A stretch of DNA of 41,358 bases from an uncultured beta proteobacterium (GCA_903944255.1 CAJARE010000295.1:1-41358); one strand, 5' to 3'; counted from the stretch's first letter, positions 1 through 9,923 are shown. Made by a program: numbers and translations. Notes: a model not told the origin generated them from the sequence alone.

Positions 1-1740
1 AATCTGCGGGAGGTGGCGGCAGCCGCTATTGCTCTAATGAAGTCGCCAAAGATGACTGCGGCGCAACTTTTAGAAATCATGCCAGGGCCTGATTATCCGG
101 GCGGGGCCCAAATCATTTCTTCTGTAGCTGAAATTGCTCAAATTTATGAAACGGGACGAGGCAGCGTCAAAGTTCGGGCTCGTTGGTCAGTAGAAGAGAT
201 GGCTCGCGGCCAATGGCAAATTGTGGTCAACGAGTTGCCGCCAGCAACTTCATCCCAACGGGTTTTACAAGAGATAGAAGAAATTACTAATCCCAAAGTG
301 AAGGTTGGAAAGAAGACGCTTACACCCGATCAGAATAATCTTAAATCAACCATCTTGAATGTATTAGATGGGGTACGTGATGAATCTAGCAAGGATGCTG
401 CGGTGCGCTTGGTATTCGAGCCTAAAAGTAAGAATATTGATGTCAATGAATTTGTGAACCTACTTTTAGCTCATACCTCATTGGAGTCCAATGCACCAAT
501 GAATTTGGTCATGATTGGAAATGATGGGCGTCCCCGTCAAAAGAATCTCAAAGATATTCTTTCAGAATGGATCGAATTTAGAGTGGGCACAGTAACTCGC
601 CGTACTCAATATCGCTTAGGTAAAGTAAAAGATCGGATGCATATTTTGGAGGGTCGCTTAACAGTCCTTCTGAATATCGATAAGGTGATTAAGATCATTC
701 GCAATAGCGATGAGCCTAAAGCAGATCTGATAAAAGAATTTAAGCTGACCGATCGCCAGGCTGAAGATATTTTAGATATTCGCTTGCGGCAGTTAGCGCG
801 TTTAGAAGGAATTAAGATTGAGCAAGAGCTCAAAGAACTGAAGTCTGAACGCAATGATCTCGAAGGCCTGTTACAAAGCGATACGGTTTTACGAAAACGC
901 ATCATCAAAGAAATTGAAGCCGATATGAAAGAGTTCGGCGATGAACGTCGCACCCTTATTCAAGAAGATAAGCGTGCAGTTGCTGAGACGAAAGTGATTG
1001 ATGAGCCTGTAACGGTGATCGTTTCTCAAAAGGGCTGGGTTCGAGTTCGTCAAGGCCATGAGCATGATACGACTCAATTTAGCTTTAAAGCTGGTGATGC
1101 CCTATACGCTACCTTTGAAGTTCGTACAGTTGATGTGATTCAAGGGTTTGGTAGTGATGGTCGCGTCTATACCGTAGCTGTCAGCGAATTACCGGGTGCG
1201 CGCGGCGATGGATCACCCTTAACCAGTTTCGTGAACTTAGCGCCAGGATCGCAAATGGTTGCCTATTACGCAGGTCAAGCTGATGATCTGGTTCTCATCT
1301 CAACTAGAGCAGGTTATGGCTTCTTGGCAAATGTTGCTGATATGAGTACACGCAACAAGGCCGGCAAGTCATTTATCAGCATTGATAATAAATCTGAAGG
1401 AGATATTCCTTTAGGTGTCGCTAAAGTTCACATTGGCATGAAGCAAGTTGCATGTTTATCTGCAGCATCTAAATTACTAGTATTCCCATTGAATGAACTA
1501 AAGCGCTTGCCAACCGGAGGCAAAGGCGTGATCTTAATGGGTATAGATGATAAAGAGGCCTTGGCTTCTGCCATTGCAGTTGGCCCAGAGGGTGCGACCT
1601 ACTATGGAACTGGACGAGGTGGTAAGCCTACCGAGCTTAATTTAGATGCTAAGACCTTGAAGTCATTTGCTGGTAATCGTGCACGCAAGGGACATTTTGT
1701 TGAGCCCCGTTTAAAAGATGGCAAGCTTAAAGCAAACTAA
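1..1740 (+). CDS. parC: DNA topoisomerase IV subunit A (5'-truncated by window edge)
   Basis: Frame is open from base 1 (NLREV...). GPDYPGG, VNELP, RDES and QAEDILDIRLRQLARLE motifs; short C-terminal beta-pinwheel with no GyrA-box. Confidence 0.95.
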   Translation, partial: NLREVAAAAIALMKSPKMTAAQLLEIMPGPDYPGGAQIISSVAEIAQIYETGRGSVKVRARWSVEEMARGQWQIVVNELPPATSSQRVLQEIEEITNPKVKVGKKTLTPDQNNLKSTILNVLDGVRDESSKDAAVRLVFEPKSKNIDVNEFVNLLLAHTSLESNAPMNLVMIGNDGRPRQKNLKDILSEWIEFRVGTVTRRTQYRLGKVKDRMHILEGRLTVLLNIDKVIKIIRNSDEPKADLIKEFKLTDRQAEDILDIRLRQLARLEGIKIEQELKELKSERNDLEGLLQSDTVLRKRIIKEIEADMKEFGDERRTLIQEDKRAVAETKVIDEPVTVIVSQKGWVRVRQGHEHDTTQFSFKAGDALYATFEVRTVDVIQGFGSDGRVYTVAVSELPGARGDGSPLTSFVNLAPGSQMVAYYAGQADDLVLISTRAGYGFLANVADMSTRNKAGKSFISIDNKSEGDIPLGVAKVHIGMKQVACLSAASKLLVFPLNELKRLPTGGKGVILMGIDDKEALASAIAVGPEGATYYGTGRGGKPTELNLDAKTLKSFAGNRARKGHFVEPRLKDGKLKAN

Positions 1741-1764
1741 GCAATTCAATAGCTTGCTTTAAGC
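1725..1764. terminator. Hairpin between convergent parC and xdhC, putative intrinsic terminator
   Basis: GCTTAAAGCAA (1725-1735) pairs with TTGCTTTAAGC (1754-1764); a T-rich run follows on the + strand; overlaps the parC stop. Confidence 0.55.
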
Positions 1765-1765
1765 A

Positions 1766-2725
1766 TTATTGTTTTTTTGGAATACTCACGTCGTATTTGA
1801 CGGCGATCACTTCAGCCAGAATAGAAACTGCAATTTCTGGTGGAGTCAGAGCGCCGATATAGATGCCAACTGGTCCATGTAGACGATTGACTTGTTCTTG
1901 GCTGAGATCGAATTCTAGTAGCCGCTCTTTACGTTTTTGGGTGTTATTTCGACTGCCTAAGGCGCCGACATAAAAAGCGGATGACTTTAATGCCTCCATG
2001 AGTGCCATGTCATCTAACTTAGGATCATGTGTCAGCGCCACCACCGCAGTATGGGCGTCGACTCCAATCTCTTGCAGAACATCATCTGGCATACCTCTAA
2101 AGAAGGTGATGTCTGAACGATCTATTCCTTCTGCATATTCCTCACGAGGATCAATCACGATGACTTCAAAGTCAGAGGCGAGTGCAAAGTCAGCCGTATA
2201 CAGAGAAAGCTGTCCTGCGCCGATGATGACCATCCGCCAACGGGGACCATAACTGGTCCGCATTTCTTGCTCGGTACAGCTAAATTCATCATGACGGGTT
2301 CCGACAGTCAATGTTGACCTGCCAGAGCTTAAATCTACCGACCGCAATGTGATTTGATGTGAAGAGATGAATTGCAGTAGTTTCTCTAAAATGGCTAGTT
2401 CAGGTTTTGGTTCTACTAGTAAGCGAAGGGTGCCACCACAAGGTAGGCCAAAACGCGCTGCTTCCTGCTGGCTTACACCATAGATCACTAATTCCGGCGT
2501 ATTTCTAGTCAAAATTTCTGTTTGGACACGGCGGATGAGGTCATCTTCAACGCAGCCCCCAGAGACTGAGCCTGCAACTTGCCCATCTTGCCTAATGGCA
2601 AGCCAGGAACCAACAGGACGTGGAGCAGATCCCCAGGTTTGAACCACAGTGGCAATGGCTACAGGATGGCCTTCTTTTAGCCAACGAACGGCTGCTTTGA
2701 GAACGCTTAAGTCGGTACTATTCAT
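1766..2725 (-). CDS. XdhC/CoxI family molybdenum-hydroxylase maturation factor
   Basis: ATVVQTWGSAPRPVG, GSVSGGCVE, GLPCGG, THDPKLDD, YVGALGS and TPPEIAVSILAE motifs. Start moved to ATG 2725 (MNSTDL...) because the longer ORF overlaps the divergent gene. Confidence 0.9.
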   Translation of the reverse strand: MNSTDLSVLKAAVRWLKEGHPVAIATVVQTWGSAPRPVGSWLAIRQDGQVAGSVSGGCVEDDLIRRVQTEILTRNTPELVIYGVSQQEAARFGLPCGGTLRLLVEPKPELAILEKLLQFISSHQITLRSVDLSSGRSTLTVGTRHDEFSCTEQEMRTSYGPRWRMVIIGAGQLSLYTADFALASDFEVIVIDPREEYAEGIDRSDITFFRGMPDDVLQEIGVDAHTAVVALTHDPKLDDMALMEALKSSAFYVGALGSRNNTQKRKERLLEFDLSQEQVNRLHGPVGIYIGALTPPEIAVSILAEVIAVKYDVSIPKKQ

Positions 2726-2777
2726 GCTTGCTAGGATCTTTGTGATGGAATCGAGTTTCCTATTTATTATCTCTCTT

Positions 2778-3422
2778 ATGATAGCTATCGGTAAATCTTC
2801 CAATAATGCCAAAGTAAAGCTGGCAATTTTATTGCTAGCTGCTGGTGAGGGAAGCCGTTTAGGAGGCTTTCCAAAGGCATTATTAAAAAAAGATGGGCAA
2901 ACATTGCTCAATTCTTTTTGTTTATCAATGCAATCACTTGCTCCTATTGAGATTGTGATTGTGACTGGATTTCATGCTCAGGTGATTGAGAGTGAGCTAA
3001 CATCAATAGATACAAGCCAATTACCTTTACGAATAATGCGCAATCCTCATCCTGAGGCTGGACAAGCTGCTTCAGTTCGGCTTGGACTTGAATCTCTCAA
3101 ATCTGATTACGACGCGCTTATCGTTGCTTTAAGTGATCAACCCAATGTAGGCGTTTTAGAGATCGAAGCATTGTTAGAGCAATTTATGCATCGTGATACT
3201 CATCAAGAAATCGTATTACCGATGGTCCATGGCCAACGTGGCAACCCAGTTGTGTTTTCAAGGAAGGTTGTTGACTTAATCCTAGCAATACCAAGAATGG
3301 CGTGCCGACCGTATATGGATCAATACCCCGAAATTGTTAAGATCATGAATACTGATAAGCAAGGGTATGTCTTGGATGCCGACACAGAATCAGACATCCA
3401 AGCTTTAGGACTCACTAAATAG
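2778..3422 (+). CDS. MocA/YgfJ-like nucleotidyltransferase (molybdenum cofactor cytidylyltransferase family)
   Basis: LLAAGEGSRLGGFPKALL, GQAASVRLG, LSDQP, RGNPVVF and DADT motifs. Start moved to ATG 2778. Confidence 0.85.
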   Translation: MIAIGKSSNNAKVKLAILLLAAGEGSRLGGFPKALLKKDGQTLLNSFCLSMQSLAPIEIVIVTGFHAQVIESELTSIDTSQLPLRIMRNPHPEAGQAASVRLGLESLKSDYDALIVALSDQPNVGVLEIEALLEQFMHRDTHQEIVLPMVHGQRGNPVVFSRKVVDLILAIPRMACRPYMDQYPEIVKIMNTDKQGYVLDADTESDIQALGLTK

Positions 3423-3438
3423 TTTTTTTAAAATAGAT

Positions 3439-3894
3439 TCAAATTTCTGCAATGAGCTCAATTTCAACGCATGCACCTAAGGGTATTTGAGCAACACCAA
3501 AAGCACTGCGGGCATGTTTTCCAGCATCCCCAAAAATCTCAAATAGCAACTCAGAGCAGCCATTCATCACTAAATGTTGTTCTGTGTATTGTGCAGTTGA
3601 GTTCACTAACCCCATTACTTTGACAATGCGCTTGATTTTGTCCAATGATCCTAGGTGGTCTTGCAATGTAGCGATCAGATCAATTGCAATGGCTCGAGCT
3701 GCTGCCTTCCCGGTATCCGTATCCATATCCTGTCCGAGCTTTCCAACCCAAGGTTTACCATCTCGTTTGGCAATATGACCGGATAAAAAGACAGTATTGC
3801 CTGTGGTTACAGCCATCACATAGGCAGCAGCCGCTGATCCGGGAGGAGGTAAATCAATACCTAAATTTTTGATGCGCTCGAGAATCTTGCTCAT
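3439..3894 (-). CDS. RidA/YjgF/YER057c/UK114 family protein
   Basis: VFLSGH, HARSAFGVAQIPLGACVEIE with the conserved Arg and terminal Glu. Probable start ATG 3894. Confidence 0.88.
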   Translation of the reverse strand: MSKILERIKNLGIDLPPPGSAAAAYVMAVTTGNTVFLSGHIAKRDGKPWVGKLGQDMDTDTGKAAARAIAIDLIATLQDHLGSLDKIKRIVKVMGLVNSTAQYTEQHLVMNGCSELLFEIFGDAGKHARSAFGVAQIPLGACVEIELIAEI

Positions 3895-3945
3895 GCTGGC
3901 TTTCAAATAAAAAATTAAAAATGATCTGGGAGGTTTGTAAGAATC

Positions 3946-5121
3946 TTACTTGGAAAGTTGTTTCATAGCACTTTCCAAACCATTTAAGGTGACTGGATAC
4001 ATCCGATCTTTCATTAAATTTTTCATGATGTCGATCGATTGCCTATATTGCCATACAGATTCTGGCTCGGGATTTAACCAAGCGAAGTGAGGAAAATGGC
4101 CTAATAGCCGATTGACCCAAGCGGCGCCAGATTCTTTATTATTAAACTCCACTGATCCATTAGGGCTCAATATTTCATAGGGAGACATCGTGGCATCCCC
4201 CACAAAAATCAGCTTATAGTCAGGACCATATAGATTCATGATTTCTTGGGTGGGAGTCACTTGATCTCTACGACGTCGATTACTGCGCCATAAATTCTCG
4301 TATACGCAGTTGTGAAAGTAGTAGTGTTCTAAATGTTTAAATTCGGCTTTAGCAGCCGTAAATAGTTCCGCAATCCGTTGAATATGGTCATCCATTGATC
4401 CGCCTACATCCATCAGCAATAGAACTTTGACTTGATTATGTCGCTCGGGACGCATCTGAATATCTAGCATGCCTGCATTTGCAGCCGTTGAATGTATGGT
4501 TTTATCTAAATCTAATTCTAAGTTTGAGCCTTCACGAGCAAAGCGACGCAAACGACGTAGAGCTACTTTGATATTACGAGTACCTAGAGCAAGGTTACTG
4601 TCATAGTCTTTAAATTCCCTTGCTTCCCAAACTTTAATGGCGGTGCGATTGCCAGCACTTTCACCCCCAATTCGAATGCCTTCTGGATGGTAGCCACTAT
4701 GACCAAATGGTGAAGAGCCGCCAGCGCCAATCCATTTCTTGCCACCTCCATGCCATTCCTTTTGCTCCTTAAGAAGTTCTTCTAGACGTTTTTGAAGCGC
4801 TTCTGGACCACCTAATTTTTGAAGTGCTGTCTTTTCTTCATCTGTTAGTACGCGCTGCAATTTTTTCTCTAGCCATGCCAAAGGAATCTCTGGTGAGAGT
4901 GCAATGATTTGTTCAATGCCTTGGAAATAACTCCCAAAAACTTGATCAAAGCGATCAAAGTATTGTTCATCTTTCACTAGGGTCATGCGGGATAATTGAT
5001 AAAACTCATCAATCGAAGGATTAATGATGGATGCTTTGAGAGCTTCCAGTAATGTTAAAAATTCCCTTACTGAAACAGGAATTTTTGCTTCTTTCAAATG
5101 AAGAAAGAATTGAATCAGCAT
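3946..5121 (-). CDS. VWA-domain protein (CoxE-like MoxR partner)
   Basis: MIDAS motif DVGGSM, FHNCVY, VGDATMSPYE, WLNPEP; immediately downstream of a MoxR ATPase. Confidence 0.88.
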   Translation of the reverse strand: MLIQFFLHLKEAKIPVSVREFLTLLEALKASIINPSIDEFYQLSRMTLVKDEQYFDRFDQVFGSYFQGIEQIIALSPEIPLAWLEKKLQRVLTDEEKTALQKLGGPEALQKRLEELLKEQKEWHGGGKKWIGAGGSSPFGHSGYHPEGIRIGGESAGNRTAIKVWEAREFKDYDSNLALGTRNIKVALRRLRRFAREGSNLELDLDKTIHSTAANAGMLDIQMRPERHNQVKVLLLMDVGGSMDDHIQRIAELFTAAKAEFKHLEHYYFHNCVYENLWRSNRRRRDQVTPTQEIMNLYGPDYKLIFVGDATMSPYEILSPNGSVEFNNKESGAAWVNRLLGHFPHFAWLNPEPESVWQYRQSIDIMKNLMKDRMYPVTLNGLESAMKQLSK

Positions 5122-5144
5122 TGATTTAAGACTCTTTCAATCAA

Positions 5145-6026
5145 TTAACGATGGTTACGATTCATCATGACTAAGCGTTCAAATAACGCAATATCTTGCT
5201 CGTTCTTGATTAAGGCACCATGAAGGGGCGGCACAACTATTTTTTCATCATGGCTATAGAGTGCTTGCGGAGGGATATCCTCAGCGAGAAGAAGCTTTAG
5301 CCAATCAATCAATTCCGAAGTAGAGGGTTTCTTTTTCAACCCTGGTAGCGAGCGGATTTGGTAAAAAGCCTTTAAGGCCGCTTCGAGTAATTCTTGTTTG
5401 ATATTGGGATGATGAACATCCACAATGCTTTGCATTGTTTGAGCGTCTGGAAAGCTAATGTAATGGAAAAAACAGCGACGCAAAAAGGCATCTGGTAATT
5501 CCTTTTCATTGTTTGACGTAATGATGACTAGCGGTCGATGTTTTGCTTTAATCAACTCCCTTGTTTCGTAGACATAAAATTCCATGCGATCGATCTCGCG
5601 CAAAAGGTCATTTGGAAACTCAATATCAGCTTTGTCAATTTCATCAATCAGTAATACCGTCGGTTCTTCTGCCTCAAAGGCTTGCCATAAAACACCTTTT
5701 ACAATGTAATTTCGAATATCGTTTACTTTGACGTCACCCAATTGAGAGTCTCGTAAACGGCTTACGGCATCGTACTCATACAAACCCTGTTGGGCTTTAG
5801 TTGTCGATTTAATATGCCATTGCAATAAGGGCATGTTTAATGCGCCCGCAACTTCTTCTGCAAGCATGGTCTTGCCAGTGCCTGGCTCACCCTTGATCAA
5901 AAGAGGCCGTTCAAGGGCAATGGCTGCATTGACAGCGAGCTTTAAATCTTCGGTTGCTACATAGCTTTGGCTGCCATCAAAACGGCTTTGAGACGGTGGG
6001 GGATTTTGCTTGGTGGCTTGATTCAT
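5145..6026 (-). CDS. MoxR-family AAA+ ATPase (CoxD-like)
   Basis: Walker A GEPGTGKT, Walker B LLIDEIDKAD, TSNNEKELPDAFLRRC. Confidence 0.92.
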   Translation of the reverse strand: MNQATKQNPPPSQSRFDGSQSYVATEDLKLAVNAAIALERPLLIKGEPGTGKTMLAEEVAGALNMPLLQWHIKSTTKAQQGLYEYDAVSRLRDSQLGDVKVNDIRNYIVKGVLWQAFEAEEPTVLLIDEIDKADIEFPNDLLREIDRMEFYVYETRELIKAKHRPLVIITSNNEKELPDAFLRRCFFHYISFPDAQTMQSIVDVHHPNIKQELLEAALKAFYQIRSLPGLKKKPSTSELIDWLKLLLAEDIPPQALYSHDEKIVVPPLHGALIKNEQDIALFERLVMMNRNHR

Positions 6027-6159
6027 AGGGCAGTCAATAAGTCCTTATTTGAGCGCTTAAGTATAGGTAAAGCCCAGATAAATTTGGATATTTTTACCAA
6101 ATTTTTACTTATTCTAAAAAGCACCAATCGGCAAAAAGCTAATGCTGGCTGCTGTCCGC

Positions 6160-6188
6160 TATAATCTCTCCAAATTGATTTATATCAA
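6160..6188 (+). promoter_or_regulatory. -10 hexamer TATAAT (6160-6165) followed by a perfect FNR/CRP-FNR box TTGAT-N4-ATCAA (6175-6188)
   Basis: Exact matches to both consensus sequences upstream of the cytochrome c genes. Confidence 0.7.
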
Positions 6189-6199
6189 ACCTATCAATA

Positions 6200-6571
6200 A
6201 TGATTTCCATGAAAAAACTCCCCATTCTTCCTTATTTGCTTGTCAGCGCTGGCATGGCCTTTGCTGGGTTGGCTCAGGCTGAAGAGACCAAAGGTAATGC
6301 TGCTGCTGCCAATGCCAAAGTGTGGCTCTGTGTTGGTTGCCATTCCATACCTGATTACCGTGCTGACTATCCCTTGGTCTATAAAGTGCCCATGATAGGT
6401 GGCCAGAATGCTGCCTACATCGCTAGTTCATTAGCCGCCTACAAGAAAGGCGAGAGAAAGCATCCAACGATGCGATCCATTGCTGGCAGTCTTTCTGATC
6501 AGGATATGGCTGATCTTGGCGAATACTACGCTGCGCAAACTGCCAGCTCACCTATCAACAAATTGAAGTAA
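6200..6571 (+). CDS. Class I monoheme cytochrome c (c4/c553-like)
   Basis: Signal peptide ending AQA, CVGCH heme motif, VPMIGGQ, downstream Met ligand candidate (HPTM). Confidence 0.9.
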   Translation: MISMKKLPILPYLLVSAGMAFAGLAQAEETKGNAAAANAKVWLCVGCHSIPDYRADYPLVYKVPMIGGQNAAYIASSLAAYKKGERKHPTMRSIAGSLSDQDMADLGEYYAAQTASSPINKLK

Positions 6572-6583
6572 TAGAGGTATGTT

Positions 6584-6937
6584 ATGAAATTTGCACTAGT
6601 TAGCACAGTAATAATGGCTAGTATTGGCTTATTGAATCCCGCTCATGCAGCTAGTATTGATAAAGGCCGGGCGATTGTTGAGAAGGCTAATTGCGCCTCT
6701 TGTCATGGCGCTGGCTTAAATGCGCCTATCTTGCCTGCTTATCCTAAGTTGGCAGGCCAATACGCTGATTATTTGTACTACTCCCTAAAAGCATACAAGG
6801 TAGGCAATAGCAATGCCCAGTATGGCCGTAATAACGCAGTAATGGGCTCCCAAGTTCAGTCGTATACGGATGCGGATTTGAAAGATATCTCAGCCTATAT
6901 TGCATCCTTGCCAGGGAACTTTGTGATTAAAAAGTAA
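6584..6937 (+). CDS. Class I monoheme cytochrome c (c4/c553-like)
   Basis: Signal peptide ending AHA, CASCH, YPKLAGQ, NAVM Met ligand candidate; GAGG RBS upstream. Confidence 0.9.
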   Translation: MKFALVSTVIMASIGLLNPAHAASIDKGRAIVEKANCASCHGAGLNAPILPAYPKLAGQYADYLYYSLKAYKVGNSNAQYGRNNAVMGSQVQSYTDADLKDISAYIASLPGNFVIKK

Positions 6938-6956
6938 AGGTCCTCTATTTAAACTT

Positions 6957-6990
6957 AAAGCTTAGACTAATCATCTAAGCTTTTGTTTTT
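6957..6990. terminator. Intrinsic (probably bidirectional) terminator
   Basis: AAAGCTTAGA / TCTAAGCTTT stem with a 7-nt loop, then a T-tract, between convergent cytochrome c and gntR. Confidence 0.75.
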
Positions 6991-7005
6991 TATAGGTTTT
7001 ATTAT

Positions 7006-7644
7006 TTAACGTACAGCTTCAAGCCCATTCGCAAGATGCTTTTGCATTGCGCTTTCAGCAGCTGCTTCATCGCGCTTTAGTAGGGCCCTTAGTATTTCTC
7101 GATGCTCAAGCAGAGAATTCTGGAGTCGTCCGGTACTCGTCAGAGAGTCACGGCGATGGAGTTTTAGCACCTTTCTGAGGTCTGCTATGACACCATTCAT
7201 CCACCGATTTCCGGCAATTTCTTGTATTAATTCATGAAATTTCACGTTAATCTCAAAGAATTGCTCAATATCCCGATCTGCCGCAGCCGTTTCTAGGCGG
7301 TGATGAAGGTGATCAAGTAGATTAAGCTGTGCTTCGCTTGCCTTCGTTGCTGCTTCCTTTGCTGCCTGACCTTCGAGTAGGGAAAGAATTGTAAAAATTT
7401 GCTCCAAATCACTTCTGAATACCTCTGTGACATAGGCACCACGCCTCATTTTGATCGTTACAAGCCCCTCAGAGGCTAAAACCTTAATGGCTTCACGCAT
7501 GGGGGTCCGGCTTATTCCAAACTGATCTGCAAGACTTTGCTCATCTAGCCAGCTACCAGGTTGCAATTTCTTGCTAAAAATCTGCTCACGCAGCTTATCT
7601 GCTACGTCTTCGTATAAGGGTCTGTTATTCAATTTTGTATCCAT
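7006..7644 (-). CDS. GntR-family (FCD domain) transcriptional regulator
   Basis: N-terminal wHTH (LADQFGISRTPMREA), FCD domain (NVKFHELI, EHREIL); divergent from the mutase operon. Confidence 0.92.
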   Translation of the reverse strand: MDTKLNNRPLYEDVADKLREQIFSKKLQPGSWLDEQSLADQFGISRTPMREAIKVLASEGLVTIKMRRGAYVTEVFRSDLEQIFTILSLLEGQAAKEAATKASEAQLNLLDHLHHRLETAAADRDIEQFFEINVKFHELIQEIAGNRWMNGVIADLRKVLKLHRRDSLTSTGRLQNSLLEHREILRALLKRDEAAAESAMQKHLANGLEAVR

Positions 7645-7678
7645 AATTATGAATACATTATGTAGACAAATTGAATAA
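7625..7678. promoter_or_regulatory. Imperfect inverted repeat containing three ATTATGNAKAC boxes, putative GntR operator
   Basis: Arms 7625-7647 and 7657-7678; boxes at 7637-7647 (-), 7646-7656 (+) and 7657-7667 (+). Confidence 0.55.
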
Positions 7679-7736
7679 TGTCAAGCAGAATAGTAATGAT
7701 TAGATGCAATGCAACAAAACCTACTGGGAGTGGTTT

Positions 7737-9923
7737 GTGACTACAGATCAAAAAAGTACAAAAAATAGTGAGTGGCCATCTGTTACGGAAAGCAATTTAG
7801 AAAGCTGGAGAGAATCCGCCCAGAAATCGGCACCCAATGGAAATGTCGATCAATTAGGTTGGAATACACCTGATGGAATTCATCTGAAAGCACTGTATAC
7901 CGCTGCCGACACTGAGGACTTGAAATACAAAAATTCACTTCCAGGTTTTGAGCCTTTCATTCGCGGTCCTCAGGCGACGATGTACTCAGTTCGTCCATGG
8001 ACGATTCGCCAATATGCTGGATTTTCTACTGCTGAAGAATCCAATGCGTTTTATCGCAAAGCATTAGATGCAGGCGGACAAGGTGTGTCAGTCGCCTTTG
8101 ATTTAGCTACCCATCGTGGCTACGATTCTGATCATCCGCGTGTAACGGGGGATGTTGGTAAGGCGGGTGTAGCAATAGACTCCATTGAAGACATGAAGAT
8201 TTTGTTTGATGGTATTCCGCTCGACAAAGTTTCAGTATCGATGACGATGAATGGTGCAGTCTTGCCAGTGTTGGCTGGGTATATTGTGGCCGGTGAGGAG
8301 CAGGGAGTTAAGCAAGAGCTGCTCTCAGGAACCATTCAGAACGATATTCTGAAAGAGTTTATGGTCAGAAATACTTATATCTATCCGCCTGAGCCTTCGA
8401 TGCGTATTATCGGCGACATCATCGAGTACACCGCCAAACACATGCCTAAATTCAATTCGATTTCAATATCGGGTTATCACATTCAAGAGGCGGGCGCCAA
8501 TCAAGTATTGGAACTTGCCTTTACTTTGGCTGATGGCAAGGAATATGTCAAAACAGCGTTGGCAAAGGGCCTTGATATCGATGGCTTTGCTGGAAGACTT
8601 TCATTCTTCTTTGCAATTGGTATGAACTTTTATCTGGAGGTTGCAAAGCTTCGCGCCGCAAGACTCTTATGGTGGCGCATTATGAAGTCATTTGGGCCAA
8701 AAAATCCTAAGTCTTTAATGTTGCGCACGCATTGCCAAACCTCAGGTTGGTCGCTTACTGAACAAGATCCCTATAACAATGTCGTGAGAACGACAGTTGA
8801 GGCGATGGCAGCAGTATTTGGCGGAACTCAATCTTTGCATACCAATTCTTTTGATGAGGCAATTGCCTTACCGTCTGAGGTTTCCAGCCGAATTGCACGT
8901 AATACCCAACTTATTTTGCAAGAAGAGACTCATATTACTAGCGTGATTGACCCATGGGCTGGCTCTTATATGATGGAAAATCTTACACAAGAAATGGCTG
9001 ATAAAGCCTGGGAAATCATTCAAGAAGTCGATGTGATGGGTGGCATGACTAAGGCCGTAGAGAGTGGCTGGGCAAAACTAAAAATTGAAGCTGCTGCCGC
9101 TGAAAAGCAGGCAAAGATTGATTCTGGGACAGATGTCATTGTTGGAGTCAATAAATACAAGCTCGCAAAAGAAGATCTGGTTGATGTGTTGATGATTGAT
9201 AACGACAAGGTCCGTGAAAATCAGGTTGCTCGCCTGAAAGAAATTAGAGCAAAACGTGACTCTAAGAAAGTTCAGGCAGCTTTAGAGGCATTAACAAAAG
9301 CGGCGGAAGAGAATACCGGCAATCTCTTGGAATTAGCGGTCAATGCGATTCGTTTGAGGGCTACAGTTGGTGAAGTCTCTGATGCTTTGGAAAAAATTTA
9401 CGGGCGCCATCGCGCCGATACTCAAAAGGTGACGGGTGTGTATGCAGCTGCTTATGATTCAGCCGAAGGCTGGGAGAAATTAAAAGTTGAAATCGCTGAC
9501 TTTGCCAAAGAATTTGGTCGTCGCCCGCGAGTAATGATTGCTAAATTAGGTCAAGATGGTCATGATCGTGGGGCAAAAGTAGTAGCTACTGCCTTCGCTG
9601 ACTTAGGTTTTGACGTTGATATTGGACCTTTGTTTCAAACTCCTGAAGAGTGCGCCCGTCAAGCCATTGAAAATGACGTACATGCTTTAGGTATTTCTAC
9701 TTTAGCGGCAGGTCATAAGACATTAGTTCCCGCCATTATTGCTGAGCTCAAAAAACAAGGCTCTGATGACATTATTGTGTTTGTTGGTGGCGTTATCCCC
9801 CGGCAAGATTATGACTTTCTATATGAGGCCGGAGTAAAAGGGATTTACGGCCCTGGGACTCCCATTCCAGCTTCGGCAAAAGATGTACTCGAGCAAATTC
9901 GTAAATCTGCTAAGCCTCATTAA
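7737..9923 (+). CDS. scpA: Methylmalonyl-CoA mutase (B12-dependent)
   Basis: [31 protein letters not shown] and B12-binding GQDGHDRG motif. Probable GTG start at 7737 behind a GGGAG RBS. Confidence 0.96.
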   Translation: MTTDQKSTKNSEWPSVTESNLESWRESAQKSAPNGNVDQLGWNTPDGIHLKALYTAADTEDLKYKNSLPGFEPFIRGPQATMYSVRPWTIRQYAGFSTAEESNAFYRKALDAGGQGVSVAFDLATHRGYDSDHPRVTGDVGKAGVAIDSIEDMKILFDGIPLDKVSVSMTMNGAVLPVLAGYIVAGEEQGVKQELLSGTIQNDILKEFMVRNTYIYPPEPSMRIIGDIIEYTAKHMPKFNSISISGYHIQEAGANQVLELAFTLADGKEYVKTALAKGLDIDGFAGRLSFFFAIGMNFYLEVAKLRAARLLWWRIMKSFGPKNPKSLMLRTHCQTSGWSLTEQDPYNNVVRTTVEAMAAVFGGTQSLHTNSFDEAIALPSEVSSRIARNTQLILQEETHITSVIDPWAGSYMMENLTQEMADKAWEIIQEVDVMGGMTKAVESGWAKLKIEAAAAEKQAKIDSGTDVIVGVNKYKLAKEDLVDVLMIDNDKVRENQVARLKEIRAKRDSKKVQAALEALTKAAEENTGNLLELAVNAIRLRATVGEVSDALEKIYGRHRADTQKVTGVYAAAYDSAEGWEKLKVEIADFAKEFGRRPRVMIAKLGQDGHDRGAKVVATAFADLGFDVDIGPLFQTPEECARQAIENDVHALGISTLAAGHKTLVPAIIAELKKQGSDDIIVFVGGVIPRQDYDFLYEAGVKGIYGPGTPIPASAKDVLEQIRKSAKPH

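Noticed and set aside
2649-2911. Apparent head-to-head overlap of the xdhC and mocA ORFs
   Set aside because: Caused by longest-ORF start choice; family motifs begin after 2725 (-) and 2778 (+), leaving a normal 52-bp gap.
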